From Moniliella sp. 'wahieum' (taxonomy: Eukaryota): a DNA stretch of 64,000 nucleotides. The stretch is from the NCBI GenBank assembly GCA_003971905.1, contig RSEE01000120.1, positions 124,001 through 188,000 on the forward strand. Direction: 5' to 3'. Below are positions 63,421 to 64,000 of this stretch, piece after piece; position 1 is the first letter of the stretch; every line of letters starts with the position of its first letter. A program made the translations under genes and the position numbers. The notes under the pieces were generated by a model, which was not told the origin of the DNA, searched no databases, and saw nothing but the letters and a program-made list of their open reading frames with translations.

Positions 63421-64000
63421 TGTAGCGACACGCGAAGCTTGAAGGTTCTGACCTGGAGATACTTAGTCTCTAATGCTAGAGTGCGACTTGGGAGCACTCG
63501 CGATCCTATGGATCAGCTGCAAAGCAGCCTTCAGACAAGGCGTGAAGGCAAAGTGGTGAGCCACAAGTCTTCAAGCAACGTCTCATTGTGAGAGCAACAG
63601 GTCAAAGGAAGCAGAGGCGTACCTTCAGACAAGGCGTGAAGGCAAGTGGTGAGCCACAAGTCCTCACAGCAATGAAGGGAAGGAGAAGGAGAGAGAGAAG
63701 GGAGATGGAGCAAGCAGGGCGTGCGCGGGCTGCGAGCGGACGCTTCCGCTCGGCTAGGCGAGCGTCACCGATCCATTGAGGGCCGTGCAGGAGAACCCTA
63801 GCAGTACCCTCTAACATCTAATCACAGACGATCAGCGAGTAATAATCAAGCAACGAGGTGAGCGAGAAGAAGGGGAGGGGGAGGAGAGGTGGTGGCGAAG
63901 AGGACAGAACAAGCAATGGGGCAGGGGTGAATACATGGCCTGCTAGCCTGCGCGCGGCCACTCTAGGGCCTAGCTTTCATATGTACGAATCAGGCAAGGC
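63421..64000 (+). mobile_element. Repeat family B copy interrupted by a family A LTR (runs off the window end)
   Basis: Begins TGTAGCGAC and matches 19602-19830 on both sides of the insertion. Confidence 0.82.
63474..63816 (+). mobile_element. Solo LTR, family A, nested, with TCTAA TSD
   Basis: TGCTAGAG...CTCTAACA flanked by TCTAA at 63469-63473 and 63817-63821. Contains an internal duplication of CCTTCAGACAAGGCGTGAAGGCAA..GCCACAAGTC. Confidence 0.93.

Overview
Eukaryotic nuclear DNA from a fungus, most likely a basidiomycete yeast of Ustilaginomycotina type. The evidence is short GT..AG introns with CTRAC-like branch sites, an intron-containing tRNA and basidiomycete-style proteins; the taxon itself is an inference. 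Nearly every gene carries scattered 1-nt frameshifts while catalytic motifs stay intact, which points to uncorrected assembly indels, so CDS ends are approximate. About 16 protein genes are recognisable: secreted aspartic protease, bZIP factor, fatty acid synthase, ELO elongase, tandem amidohydrolase, Mit_KHE1-like protein, secreted alpha/beta hydrolase, TBC Rab-GAP, uL14m, a J-protein, Elongin A, a SAS4/PEHE-like protein, DCP2, a DUF2470-like membrane protein, Rad1/Rec1 and GH63. An OPT transporter, tRNA-Thr(AGT) and three families of dispersed repeats are also present, including solo LTRs with target-site duplications, one of them nested. The most striking feature is the fungal type-I FAS gene (5435-9663, minus strand). 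It encodes only KR-KS-PPT with intact active sites, appears to have its own start codon downstream of where ACP would be, lacks the large fungal KS insertion, and sits head-to-head with an elongase. It is a candidate new split or minimised FAS architecture.
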